Assembly (NCBI GenBank): GCA_033551855.1
Contig: JAWSUI010000043.1
Location: 1 to 33,177, forward strand
Direction: 5' to 3'
Length of the DNA stretch: 33,177 bases
Source: Deferrisomatales bacterium
GTDB lineage: Bacteria > Desulfobacterota > Deferrisomatia > Deferrisomatales > JACRMM01
Below are positions 7,418 through 16,589 of this stretch, piece after piece; positions within the stretch are counted from its first letter, which is position 1; the number at the start of each line of letters is the position of its first letter. Both the position numbers and the translations under genes were made by a program. The notes beneath the pieces are model-generated. The model was not told the DNA's origin. It was given only the letters and a program-made list of their open reading frames with translations, and did not search any database.

Positions 7418-9159
7418 AGCCCGAACCCCGACCCCCGACCCCTGTCACCCCAAGGGGCGCGGCCGTCTACCTCTGCCACTGCGGCCAGAACATCGCGGCC
7501 ACGGTGGACGTGGAGGCACTGGCCGAGGAGCTCGCGGCCAAGCCCGGGGTCTCGGTGGTCCGGCACTACCCCTACCTCTGCTCCCGGCCCGGCCAGGAGC
7601 TGCTCCGAGACGACCTCCGGCAGGGCCGCGCCGGAAGAGTGGTGGTGGCGGCGTGCTCGCCCCGGATGCACGAGTCCACCTTCCGCAAGGCTTGCGGGGC
7701 GGAAGGCCTGAACCCCTACCTGCTGTGTCACGTGAACGTGCGGGAGCAGTGCTCCTGGGTCCACCCGGACCGGGGGGAGGCCACGGCCAAGGCTCGGGAG
7801 CTGGTGCTCATGGGGCTGGCGCGGGTCCGGACCCAAGAGCCCCTGGAGGGGCGCGAGGCACCCGTGGTGCCCGCGGCCCTGGTGGTGGGGGGTGGGCCGG
7901 CGGGGCTGGCCGCCGCGGCCTCGTTGGCCCGGATGGGGCTGGGGGTGGTGCTCGTGGAGGCGGCCGGGCACCTGGGCGGGCGGGCCGCCGCCCTGGGCCG
8001 GTCCTTCCCCGAGGGGGGCGAGGTGGGGCCGTGGCTCGCCCAGCGGGTGGGGGAGATGGCGGGGAACCCCCGGGTGGAAATCCTGCTCGAGAGCCGTCTC
8101 GTCTCCCTGGAGGGTCCTCCCGGAGGCTTTCGGGCCGTCCTGGAGACCCCGGCCGGAGCCGTCGAGCGCGCCGTCGGCGCCGTGATCGTCGCCTCCGGGG
8201 GGGGCCTCTACCGCCCGGACCACCCGGAGGAGGGCAGGCCGGAGCTGGGGTACGGGTCCGACCCCCGGATCGTCACCCAGGAGGAGCTGGAGGAGCGGTT
8301 CCGGGGGAGCGAGGGCCCCGTGGGGGCCGAGGGGGAGCCCGCCCGGTCCGTCGCGTTCCTCCAGTGCATCGGGTCCCGGGACACCACGGCCGGGGCGGCC
8401 CACTGCTCCCGGGTGTGCTGCATGGTGAGCGTGCGCCAGGCCGAGGAACTGCGCTCCCGGAACCCCGGGGCGACCGTCCAGGTGCTCTACATGGACCTGC
8501 GGGCCTACGCCCGGGGGGCCGAGGAGGCCTACGAGGCGGCCGCCCGGGGCGGGGTGCTCTTCCGGAGGGGGAGCGCCTCGGAGGTCTACCGGAAGGGGGA
8601 CGCCCTCGCGGTGCGTTTCGAGGACACCCTGCTCGGCGAGGCACAGGAACTGGAGGCCGACCTCGTGGTCCTGGCCTGCGGGGCCCGGCCCGCCGAAGGG
8701 GCCGGGGAGCTGGGCCGGGCCCTCCGGATCGCGACCGGGCCCGACGGGTTCTTCCTGGAGGCCCACCCGAAGCTCCGGCCGGTGGAGACCGCCTCGGCCG
8801 GGGTCTACCTGGCCGGGGCGTGCCAGGGGCCCAAGGCGATCGACGAGGCCGTCAGCTCGGGGCGGGCCGCGGCGGCGCGGGCCGGGGCGCTCCTGCTCCG
8901 GGGCCGGATCGACGTGGATCCCGCGGTCGCGGAGGTGGACCCCGACCGGTGCGCCGGCTGCGGGCTGTGCGCACCCCTGTGCCCGGCCGGGGCGCTCTCC
9001 CCCCTCCCCCACACCGGCCGGATGGGGGCCGAGCCGACCCTGTGCCAGGGCTGCGGCGCCTGCGCCGCCGCCTGTCCCTCCAAGGCCGTGAGCCTGCGCC
9101 ACCACCGCATCGGGCAGATCCTCGCGGAGCTGGACGTCGCCGCCGGCGGAGGCCGGTGA
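7414..9159 (+). CDS. hdrA: HdrA-like flavoprotein with N-terminal CHCG domain and C-terminal 2[4Fe-4S] ferredoxin
   Basis: YLCHCGQNI, ACSPRMHE, NVREQCSWVH, VVGGGPAG, QCIGSRD, CSRVCC, EAHPKLRPVET, CAGCGLCAPLCP, CQGCGACAAACP; ATGA overlap. Confidence 0.88.
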   Translation: MKPEPRPPTPVTPRGAAVYLCHCGQNIAATVDVEALAEELAAKPGVSVVRHYPYLCSRPGQELLRDDLRQGRAGRVVVAACSPRMHESTFRKACGAEGLNPYLLCHVNVREQCSWVHPDRGEATAKARELVLMGLARVRTQEPLEGREAPVVPAALVVGGGPAGLAAAASLARMGLGVVLVEAAGHLGGRAAALGRSFPEGGEVGPWLAQRVGEMAGNPRVEILLESRLVSLEGPPGGFRAVLETPAGAVERAVGAVIVASGGGLYRPDHPEEGRPELGYGSDPRIVTQEELEERFRGSEGPVGAEGEPARSVAFLQCIGSRDTTAGAAHCSRVCCMVSVRQAEELRSRNPGATVQVLYMDLRAYARGAEEAYEAAARGGVLFRRGSASEVYRKGDALAVRFEDTLLGEAQELEADLVVLACGARPAEGAGELGRALRIATGPDGFFLEAHPKLRPVETASAGVYLAGACQGPKAIDEAVSSGRAAAARAGALLLRGRIDVDPAVAEVDPDRCAGCGLCAPLCPAGALSPLPHTGRMGAEPTLCQGCGACAAACPSKAVSLRHHRIGQILAELDVAAGGGR

Positions 9160-9188
9160 CGGGAGCGGGCGTCTTGCCCGGAAAGAGC

Positions 9189-9278
9189 GGCGGGCGGCCC
9201 CCTCCAACCGGGAACCGCCCGCCCTTCGTCTCGTGCGTTCACCTTCGCGGCAACCCCCTCCCTGCGTCGAGGGGGGTT
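9189..9278. terminator. GC-rich hairpins between convergent hdrA and glnA
   Basis: GGCGGGCGG/CCGCCCGCC stem and AACCCCCTC/GAGGGGGGTT imperfect stem; U-tracts are weak. Confidence 0.35.
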
Positions 9279-9312
9279 CCTCTCTCTCGCGTCACTCTCC
9301 GAGCTTGAAGAC

Positions 9313-11409
9313 TCAGAGCTTGAAGAGCAGGTCGCTGTAGGTCGGCACCGGCCACAGGTCCCGGGCGGTGACGGCCTCCAGGGCGTCGATGGGCGACCGG
9401 AGGGCCGCGAGCGCCGGCACGACCTTGTCCCGGTAGGCCGCGGACTGCTTCTCCACCCCGGCCGCCCCCTGAGCCTTTGCCGCCTCCTTCTCCAGGGCTG
9501 CGGCCGCCTTGACGGCCGACTGGAGCAGCCCGCCCACTTGCGCCAGCAGGTCCTTCTGCACGGCGGCGTGCGCGCCTGCGGCCTGCACGGACTGGCCGAG
9601 CTCGGTCATGAACCGCACCACCGCCGGGACGTACTGCCGGCGCGTCATCTGCAGCGCCGTCTGCGCCTCGATGTTGATGTGCTTGGCGTACTGCTCCAGG
9701 TAGATGTCGTACCGGGAGTGGAGCTCCTCCTTGCTCAGCACGCCGTAGCGCTCGAACAGCGCGGTGGCCTTCTTCGTGACGAAGGCCTTGAGGGCGTCCA
9801 CGGTGTTGCGCACGTTGGGCAGGCCCCGCTTCGCGGCCTCCTTCGCCCACTCCTCCGAGTAGTTGTTGCCGTTGAAGATGATGCGGCCGTGGTTGTTCAC
9901 GGCGTCCTTCACGGTGGCCAGGATCTCGGCGTGGACGTCCACGGCCTTCTCGAGGCGGGTGGCGACCTCGTCCAGGGCCTCGGCCACGATGGTGTTGAGC
10001 GCCACGTTCGGCCCCGAGATGGACTGGGACGAGCCCACCATCCGGAACTCGAACTTGTTTCCGGTGAAGGCGAAGGGGGAGGTCCGGTTGCGGTCGGTGT
10101 TGTCCTTGGGGAGGTCGGGCATGGTGTCCACGCCGATCTTCATGAAGGCCGCCTCCTTGCGGCCCGACCGCTCTCCCTTGGCGAGCTTGCACAGGACCTC
10201 GGTGAGCTCCTCCCCCAGGAAGACCGAGATGATGGCCGGCGGAGCTTCGTTGGCCCCCAGGCGGTGGTCGTTGCCCGAGCTGCCGCAGGTGGCGCGCATG
10301 ATGTCGGCGTGGGTGTCGATGGCCTTGAGGAGGGCCGCCACGAAGACCAGGAACTGGGCGTTCTCGTCGGGGGTCTGGCCGGGGTCCAGAAGATTCACGC
10401 CCGTGTCGGTGGAGAGCGACCAGTTGTTGTGCTTTCCGGAGCCGTTGATGCCGGCGTAGGGCTTTTCGTGGAGCAGGCAGACCATGCCGTGGCGCAGCGC
10501 CACCTTCTGCATCGTCTCCATGACGAGCTGGTTGTGGTCGGCCGCTATGTTCGTTGTCGAGAAGACCGGCGCCATCTCGTACTGGGCCGGGGCGACCTCG
10601 TTGTGCTTGGTCTTGGAGCTGATCCCCATCTTCCAGAGCTCGACATCCAGGTCCCGCATGTAGGCCGAGACCCGGTCCTTGATCGCCCCGAAGTACTGGT
10701 CTTCAAGCTCCTGCCCCTTGGGTGCGGGCGCCCCGAAGATGGCGCGTCCGCACGTCATCAGGTCGAGCCTCTTGAGGTAGTGCTCCTTCTCCACCAGGAA
10801 GTACTCCTGCTCGGGCCCCACGGTGGGGATGACCCGGGTCACCGCGTCGTCGCCGAGGGCCCGCAACACCCGGAGGGCCTGGTGGGACACCGCCTTCATC
10901 GAGCGCAGGAGCGGGGTCTTCTTGTCCAGTGCCTGCCCGGTATAGGAGTAGAACGCCGTGGGGATGCACAGGGTGACGTTGCCGGCGGCGTCCTCCTTCA
11001 GGAAGGCCGGGGAGGTACAGTCCCAGGCGGTGTAGCCCCGGGCCTCGAAGGTGGCCCGGAGGCCTCCGCTCGGGAAGGAGGAGGCGTCGGGCTCGCCCTG
11101 GATGAGCTGCTTGCCCGAGAATTCCATGACGACCCCGCCGTCCGGGGTCGGGGAGATGAAGGAGTCGTGCTTCTCGGCGGTGGACCCGGTGAGGGGCTGG
11201 AACCAGTGGGTGTAGTGGGTCGCGCCCTTCTGGATGGCCCAGTCCTTCATGGCGTTGGCCACCACCGCGGCCACCTCGGGCTTCAGGAGAATCCCTCGCT
11301 CCACCGTCTCCTTGAGGGCCAGGTAGCTCTCCTTCGGCAGCCGTTCCTTCATGGCCTTGTCGTTGAACACGTTGGTGCCGAAGAGGTCGGGTACTTCCAG
11401 GTGTCCCAT
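9313..11409 (-). CDS. glnA: glutamine synthetase type III (GlnN-like)
   Basis: 698 aa; [95 protein letters not shown]. Confidence 0.95.
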   Translation of the reverse strand: MGHLEVPDLFGTNVFNDKAMKERLPKESYLALKETVERGILLKPEVAAVVANAMKDWAIQKGATHYTHWFQPLTGSTAEKHDSFISPTPDGGVVMEFSGKQLIQGEPDASSFPSGGLRATFEARGYTAWDCTSPAFLKEDAAGNVTLCIPTAFYSYTGQALDKKTPLLRSMKAVSHQALRVLRALGDDAVTRVIPTVGPEQEYFLVEKEHYLKRLDLMTCGRAIFGAPAPKGQELEDQYFGAIKDRVSAYMRDLDVELWKMGISSKTKHNEVAPAQYEMAPVFSTTNIAADHNQLVMETMQKVALRHGMVCLLHEKPYAGINGSGKHNNWSLSTDTGVNLLDPGQTPDENAQFLVFVAALLKAIDTHADIMRATCGSSGNDHRLGANEAPPAIISVFLGEELTEVLCKLAKGERSGRKEAAFMKIGVDTMPDLPKDNTDRNRTSPFAFTGNKFEFRMVGSSQSISGPNVALNTIVAEALDEVATRLEKAVDVHAEILATVKDAVNNHGRIIFNGNNYSEEWAKEAAKRGLPNVRNTVDALKAFVTKKATALFERYGVLSKEELHSRYDIYLEQYAKHINIEAQTALQMTRRQYVPAVVRFMTELGQSVQAAGAHAAVQKDLLAQVGGLLQSAVKAAAALEKEAAKAQGAAGVEKQSAAYRDKVVPALAALRSPIDALEAVTARDLWPVPTYSDLLFKL

Positions 11410-11613
11410 GTCGTCTGCCTCCCTGATGGACTAGGCCGAGATCTCCGCAGGACCTCGTGGTTGGGTTTTGGGTCTCGGGTCGGCTGGACCGACAAATTTG
11501 TTGCGCCGGCCCCTGCGACCTCACAAAGTTGTCGCTTCGTCTCCCCGCCCCCGGGTGCAAACCGGCAGCAACGCCCCTGCCGCCCGTCCGTCGGCCCGGT
11601 CGGGGTGGGGTTT

Positions 11614-11630
11614 TGCAAGGACCGGGCCAA
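11614..11630 (-). promoter_or_regulatory. sigma54 (-24/-12) promoter for glnA
   Basis: Minus strand TTGGCCCGGTCCTTGCA with exact GG-N10-GC spacing, upstream of a nitrogen-assimilation gene. Confidence 0.7.
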
Positions 11631-11640
11631 GACGGCCTGA

Positions 11641-12636
11641 TCAGGTCCTGCGGGGTCGCCGGGCCCGGGGGCGGTCCCGGCCCCCGCCGCCGCTCAGCAG
11701 CCCCGCCACGTGGGCCGCCGCGCAGGGGCCCAGCCCCCGGAGCTCGTACCCTCCCTCGAGCACGCTCACCAGGCGCCCGCCGCACAGGGCGTCCGCGGCG
11801 GCCGCCAGCTCGCGGGTGATCCGCCGAAAGTCCTCGGGGGCGAGGCTCAGGTGTGCGCCGGGCTCGGTGGCCTGGGCGTCGAACCCCGTGCTCAGGAGCA
11901 GGAACGCCGGGCGGAAGCGCTCCAGCGCCGGAAGGACTGTCCCCCGAAGGGCGGCCAGGTACCCGGCCCCGTCGCAGCGGGGGGGCAGGGGCACGTTCAG
12001 GGTCGCCCCGCGGCCGTCCCCCCTGCCGACCTCCCCTGGGTAGCCGGTTCCCGGGAACCGGAGGGTGAGGGGGTGCTCGTGCAGAGAGACGTAGAGGACG
12101 TCTCCCCGCGCCTCGAAGAGCGCCTGGGTGCCGTTGCCGTGGTGGGCGTCCAGGTCCACGATCGCAACCCGCTCCAGGGCGCCTCGCCGGAGCAGGTGCT
12201 CGGCCGCGACGGCCACGTGGTTGAAGAGGCAGTACCCCCGCGCCCGGTCGCTCTCGGCGTGGTGGCCTGGGGGCCGCACGGCGCAGAAGGCGCGCCGCAC
12301 CTCCTTCCTCCGGACCGCCTTGCAGGCGGCGAGCACCCCACCCGTTGCCAGGGCGGCCACGTCGTAGCTCTCGGGGCAGAGGCGGGTCTCCGGGTCGCCG
12401 ATGAACCCGAAACCCGCCTCGCTCGCCCGGCGCACCAACTCCACGTAGGCGGGTTCGTGGACGAGGGCCAGGTCCTCGGCCGTCGCGGGCCCGAAGCGCA
12501 GCCGCACCAGACGGCCGGCGATGCCGGGGCCCTCCAGCGCCCGGGCGATGGCGTCGAGCCGCTCCGGCTGGTCCGGGTGGCCCCGGCCCGTCCAGTGCCG
12601 GCGGAAAAAGGGGTGTTCGATCCAGCCGACGGCCAT
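11641..12636 (-). CDS. histone deacetylase family protein (AcuC/acetylpolyamine amidohydrolase-like)
   Basis: HPDQPERL, RPPGHHA, GYCLFN, DLDAHHGNGTQ, GFD, LEGGY. Confidence 0.92.
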   Translation of the reverse strand: MAVGWIEHPFFRRHWTGRGHPDQPERLDAIARALEGPGIAGRLVRLRFGPATAEDLALVHEPAYVELVRRASEAGFGFIGDPETRLCPESYDVAALATGGVLAACKAVRRKEVRRAFCAVRPPGHHAESDRARGYCLFNHVAVAAEHLLRRGALERVAIVDLDAHHGNGTQALFEARGDVLYVSLHEHPLTLRFPGTGYPGEVGRGDGRGATLNVPLPPRCDGAGYLAALRGTVLPALERFRPAFLLLSTGFDAQATEPGAHLSLAPEDFRRITRELAAAADALCGGRLVSVLEGGYELRGLGPCAAAHVAGLLSGGGGRDRPRARRPRRT

Positions 12637-12837
12637 GGGGCCATCGTACCCCGGCCCCCGCCCTTGGCGAGGCGGAGGACCCGGGGTGCCCGGAGCACAC
12701 CCCGCTTGCCGAGCGGGCGGGGAACCCCGGGTGCCCAGTATCCGCCGTCAGATTCTCCGGCGGGGTCGGGGAGCCGCGAAACGCAGCCCCGTACCGCCTC
12801 GACCGATGGGCCCAGGCCCCGCAGAATCGGGTGAAGC

Positions 12838-12880
12838 GGGGCGCACCGGAGGGGCTCCTCGACCCCGAGCACCTGCCAGG
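12838..12880 (-). repeat. REP-like ~50-bp repeat, copy 2 (partial)
   Basis: Minus strand CCTGGCAGGTGCTCGGGGTCGAGGAGCCCCTCCGGTGCGCCCC closely matches 54-96. Confidence 0.6.
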
Positions 12881-12988
12881 TGGTGGATTCCGGGTGCGGT
12901 CTTTCCTTTGCGGGAGGGCCGAGTCGCGTTAGGATTCCCCTGTCTGCCCCCGACCGCGCCCCGGTGCGCCGAGAAAGGATTGCCCTGC

Positions 12989-13171
12989 ATGAAGATCGTC
13001 GTAGACCCCCGGAAGTGTCGCGGTGCAGGGGCGTGCGCACGGGCATGCCCGGAGAACGCCATCACGGTCGTGGACGGCCTGGCCCGGGTCGACCCGGAGA
13101 AATGCGATCTCGACGGCATCTGCATCGCGGCGTGTCCCCACGAGGCGATCCACCTCTCCGACGAGGAGTAG
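12989..13171 (+). CDS. small dicluster-type ferredoxin with altered ligands
   Basis: MKIVVDPRKCRGAGACARACPENAI...VDPEKCDLDGICIAACPHEAI; RBS AAGGA; 60 aa. Confidence 0.85.
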   Translation: MKIVVDPRKCRGAGACARACPENAITVVDGLARVDPEKCDLDGICIAACPHEAIHLSDEE

Positions 13172-13225
13172 GGTTACGGCCGGCCCGGGCCGGCGGCGCC
13201 CCGGAGACCGAGAGGAGGAGGACCG

Positions 13226-13408
13226 ATGCCCATCGTCAACATCGACTGGCTGGAAGGCCGCAGCGTGGAGCAGAAGCGCCGGATCTCCCGGCGCGTCACC
13301 GACGCGATCGTGGAGGTCTCGGGGTGCGCCCCCGAGTCCGTCACGGTGATCTTCACCGACCATCCCCGCCACGACATCGCCAAGGCCGGCAAGCTCCTGT
13401 CGGACTGA
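13226..13408 (+). CDS. 4-oxalocrotonate tautomerase family protein
   Basis: N-terminal catalytic Pro (MPIVNI), EGRSVEQKR, C-terminal AGKLLSD; 60 aa; RBS GGAGG. Confidence 0.9.
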   Translation: MPIVNIDWLEGRSVEQKRRISRRVTDAIVEVSGCAPESVTVIFTDHPRHDIAKAGKLLSD

Positions 13409-13421
13409 AGGAACCCCCGCC

Positions 13422-13586
13422 GTGAAGCCCGCCGCCGAGAGGTCCTACACCTGCGCCCACTACCGGGAGGAGATGCGCCTGCTGGGGTTGCGGCGGAGAC
13501 TGGAACAGGGCTCCCCGGGCCCCGAGGAGAGGGAGGAGCTTCTCCGGGAGATCGAGCTCCTGGAGCGGACGATGGCCATGGGGTGA
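13422..13586 (+). CDS. 54-aa hypothetical protein (not in ORF track)
   Basis: GTG...TGA, MKPAAERSYTCAHYREEMRLLGLRRRLEQGSPGPEEREELLREIELLERTMAMG; AAGGA upstream; helical-hairpin pattern; host-like codon usage. Confidence 0.65.
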   Translation: MKPAAERSYTCAHYREEMRLLGLRRRLEQGSPGPEEREELLREIELLERTMAMG

Positions 13587-13930
13587 CGGCCGGCCCGGGG
13601 CTTCGCGCGAGCCGTTGGAGCCCCGCGAACCCAGATCCAACAACCAGTTCCTGGGCGGGCCCGGGGAGACCGGAACGGCCGCCGCGCACCGCATCGACCG
13701 AAGCGCCGGCACGCGGCCGGTTCCGCTGAGGCTCGCCGCTCCGGGCTCCTTTGGGGTCGCGTCTCGACGTGCCGTGGATGGCGCGGCGGAGCGCAGGGCG
13801 CCCCGGGTCCCGCGCACCCGGGGGACCACGGACCGAGGAGGCCTCCGTCTTGACGTCCGCGAACCCCCTCTGCTAAGCAGGGAGGCCGATTTCCGTCCCT
13901 GGGGACGATGACAGCGAGGGAGGAGACCCC

Positions 13931-15181
13931 GTGGCACGCGTCAACGACAGCTACCTGAAACTGAAGGCGGGCTACCTCTTTCCGGAGATCGGCCGCCGGG
14001 TGAAGGCCTTCGCCCAGGAGAACCCAGGGGCCGAGATCATCCGGCTGGGCATCGGCGACGTCACCCTGCCCCTGGTGCCCGCGGTGCTGGAGGCCTTCCA
14101 CGCCGGCGTGGAAGACCTCGCCCGGGCGGAGTCCTTTCGCGGGTACGGCCCCGAGCAGGGGTACGACTTCCTCATCGACACCCTCATCGAGAAGGCGTAC
14201 CGGCCCCTGGGGGTGCGCCTGAAGCCCTCAGAAGTATTCATCTCCGACGGTTCCAAGTGCGACGTCGCCAACATCCTGGACGTCTTCGACCTGGGCAACG
14301 TGGTCGCCATCTGCGACCCGGTCTATCCCGTGTACAACGACACCAACGTGATGGTCGGGCGCACGGGGGAGGCCGACGAGAAGGGGTACTACCGGGGCAT
14401 CGTGTACCTTCCCTGCACGGAGGAGAACGGGTTCATCCCGGACCTTCCCGAGGGCCGGGTGGACATCGTCTACCTCTGCTACCCCAACAACCCCACGGGA
14501 GCGGTGGCGACCCGGGGAGAGCTCGCCCGTTGGGTGGAGTACGCTTTGGCCCACGAGGCGGTGCTCTTCTTCGACGCCGCGTACGAGGCGTTCATCACGG
14601 AGCCCGACATCCCCCGCTCCATCTACGAGATCCCGGGCGCGGAGAAGTGCGCGATCGAGTTTCGGAGCTTCTCCAAGACGGCCGGGTTCACAGGGGTCCG
14701 CTGTGGGCTGACCGTGGTGCCCGAGGCCCTCACGGCGCGGGCCGCCGACGGACGCGCGGTCCCCCTGAATGCCCTCTGGAACCGGCGCCAGGGCACCAAG
14801 TTCAACGGCGTCTCCTACCCCGTCCAGCGGGCGGCCGCCGCCGTGTACTCCGACGAGGGGTGGCGCCAGAACCAGGAGGTCATCCGGTACTACCAGGAAA
14901 ATGCCCGGACCATCCTCCAGGGGCTCCAGGCCGCCGGGGTCAGGTGCTACGGGGGGGTGAACGCCCCCTACATCTGGCTCAAGGCCCCCGGCGGGCTCAC
15001 CAGCTGGGAGCTCTTCGACAAGCTCCTGCGCGAGTGCCACGTGGTGGGCACACCCGGCAGCGGCTTCGGCCCCAGCGGGGAGGGCTACTTCCGCCTGTCG
15101 GCCTTCGGCGACCGGGCACGGGTGGAGGAGGCAGTCGACCGCATCCGGAGGCGGTGGGGGGCTGGGGGGGGGGCGCCATGA
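13931..15181 (+). CDS. dapL: LL-diaminopimelate aminotransferase
   Basis: [69 protein letters not shown]. Confidence 0.95.
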   Translation: MARVNDSYLKLKAGYLFPEIGRRVKAFAQENPGAEIIRLGIGDVTLPLVPAVLEAFHAGVEDLARAESFRGYGPEQGYDFLIDTLIEKAYRPLGVRLKPSEVFISDGSKCDVANILDVFDLGNVVAICDPVYPVYNDTNVMVGRTGEADEKGYYRGIVYLPCTEENGFIPDLPEGRVDIVYLCYPNNPTGAVATRGELARWVEYALAHEAVLFFDAAYEAFITEPDIPRSIYEIPGAEKCAIEFRSFSKTAGFTGVRCGLTVVPEALTARAADGRAVPLNALWNRRQGTKFNGVSYPVQRAAAAVYSDEGWRQNQEVIRYYQENARTILQGLQAAGVRCYGGVNAPYIWLKAPGGLTSWELFDKLLRECHVVGTPGSGFGPSGEGYFRLSAFGDRARVEEAVDRIRRRWGAGGGAP

Positions 15182-15585
15182 GGGACACCTACCGCATCGG
15201 CGACACCTTCACATACCGGCTGGCCACCACCGAAGACATGAGCGCCAGCCGGTACCAGCAGAGCTCCCCTCCCGTCTTCGCCACGCCCCACCTCGTAGGG
15301 GCGGTCGAGGCCGCGGCCGCGCGACTCATGGAGGGATGGCTCGACCCGGGGGAGATGAGCGTGGGGGGCCGGGTCGAGCTCAAGCACACGGCCCCCACCC
15401 CCCTGGGCTGGGAGGTGCGTACCGTGGCCACCCTGCTCGAGGCCGAGGGGAAGCGGTTCTCCTTCCGCGTGGAGTGCTTCGACGAGCTCGAAAAGATCGG
15501 GGAGGCCGCCCACACGCGATACGTGGTCCGCGCCGAGAGCTTTCTCCGCGCCCTGGAGGAGAAGCTGCGGCGGCGGGCCCGGTAG
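15178..15585 (+). CDS. hotdog-fold thioesterase (fluoroacetyl-CoA thioesterase FlK-like)
   Basis: VFATPHL...EAAA...SVG...HTAPTPLG...HTRYVV; ATGA overlap with dapL. Confidence 0.85.
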   Translation: MRDTYRIGDTFTYRLATTEDMSASRYQQSSPPVFATPHLVGAVEAAAARLMEGWLDPGEMSVGGRVELKHTAPTPLGWEVRTVATLLEAEGKRFSFRVECFDELEKIGEAAHTRYVVRAESFLRALEEKLRRRAR

Positions 15586-15729
15586 GGGAGCGTCTCCGCA
15601 GCCGGTGTCCCCCCTTCGCCCCTCGGGTGCGGCACGGCGTTTCGCGGCGGCCCTTTCCGAACCGGCGCGGCTCCTGGGCGGGAGAACCGAGGCCCGGCCC
15701 ACCCCTCCAAAAAAATCTTCTGTTTCTAC

Positions 15730-15816
15730 TAGACACACACCGTTTGTTTGCTATCATGTCCGAGCGCCAAAAAAGGGGGGGACAACTTCGCGGCTCTTGA
15801 CCAGTGAATACGTCAA
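15730..15816 (+). promoter_or_regulatory. AT-rich promoter region of the Qrc/ACIII-like operon with a TTGAC-N10-GTCAA palindrome
   Basis: TAGACA (15730-15735), 16 bp, TG-C-TATCAT extended -10 (15752-15757); TTGAC (15797-15801) / GTCAA (15812-15816). Confidence 0.45.
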
Positions 15817-15911
15817 CAATCGGAACCGAACAACATTGATCCGGTAGCGTAGGTTTTGCGCCTGCAAACCGGAGCGGTCACGGCGGGAACCCGCCGACGG
15901 GACAGCGCCCC

Positions 15912-16412
15912 ATGACCCAGCGAACCTTCGTCTTCTTCCTCGTCGCGGCCCTGTGTGCTTGGCCGGCCCTTTCCCCGGCCTTTCGCCGGGCGGTTACCCA
16001 GCCCATTGCGTTCAACCACCAGCTCCACGTCGAAGGCAATGGGATGGAGTGCGTGGAGTGCCACGTCTACGTCCTCACCCAGCCTTTCGCCGGCCTTCCC
16101 TCGTTGGAGCGCTGCCTCGAGTGTCACGAGACTCCGCTGACCGACTCCCCCGAGGAAGAGAAGATCCGCCAGTTCGCGGCTCGGGCAGAGCCGATCGTCT
16201 GGAATCGCCTGTACGAGTTGCCGGACGATGTCTACTCCTCCCACCGCAGGCACGTGGTGGCCGGGGGGATGGACTGCGCCGAATGCCACGGCCCTATCGC
16301 CTCGACGACTCGGCCCCCGCCGCGGCCCCTCCAGAACATGACCATGGCCTTCTGCATGGACTGCCACCAGCGCAGCGGGGTCGCCAACGACTGCCTCGCC
16401 TGCCACATGTGA
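15912..16412 (+). CDS. membrane-anchored pentaheme cytochrome c (QrcA/ActA-like)
   Basis: Five CxxCH (CVECH, CLECH, CAECH, CMDCH, CLACH); QPIAFNHQLH; TMAFCMDCH; N-terminal hydrophobic segment. Confidence 0.88.
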   Translation: MTQRTFVFFLVAALCAWPALSPAFRRAVTQPIAFNHQLHVEGNGMECVECHVYVLTQPFAGLPSLERCLECHETPLTDSPEEEKIRQFAARAEPIVWNRLYELPDDVYSSHRRHVVAGGMDCAECHGPIASTTRPPPRPLQNMTMAFCMDCHQRSGVANDCLACHM

Positions 16413-16589
16413 GGGCCCCTCCGGGGCGGGATGCCCGAGGGCGAGCACCCCCCCGGTCGGCACGGCGCGAGGAGAGAGAACACCCGGCTGTAGGGGTGGG
16501 CGAGCCACGCAGCCCGCCAGCCGGGATGAATCGGGGTTCGGACGGATCGCGTGATCCCTGGACGGGCCCTCGGGCTCGGGAGCACACCG

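Noticed and set aside
6029..9159. Selenocysteine read-through in the hdrA genes
   Set aside because: All conserved positions are Cys codons, and sequence after the TGA stops shows no continued homology.
9538..11640. Long antisense or alternate-frame ORFs (also 7048-9207, 19633-21699, 23961-26018)
   Set aside because: Shadow ORFs of well-supported genes in high-GC DNA, with no recognisable motifs.
15860..15905. c-di-GMP-I riboswitch (GCAAACC...) before the cytochrome operon
   Set aside because: Lacks the GAAA tetraloop stem and the GACGCAAAGC core.
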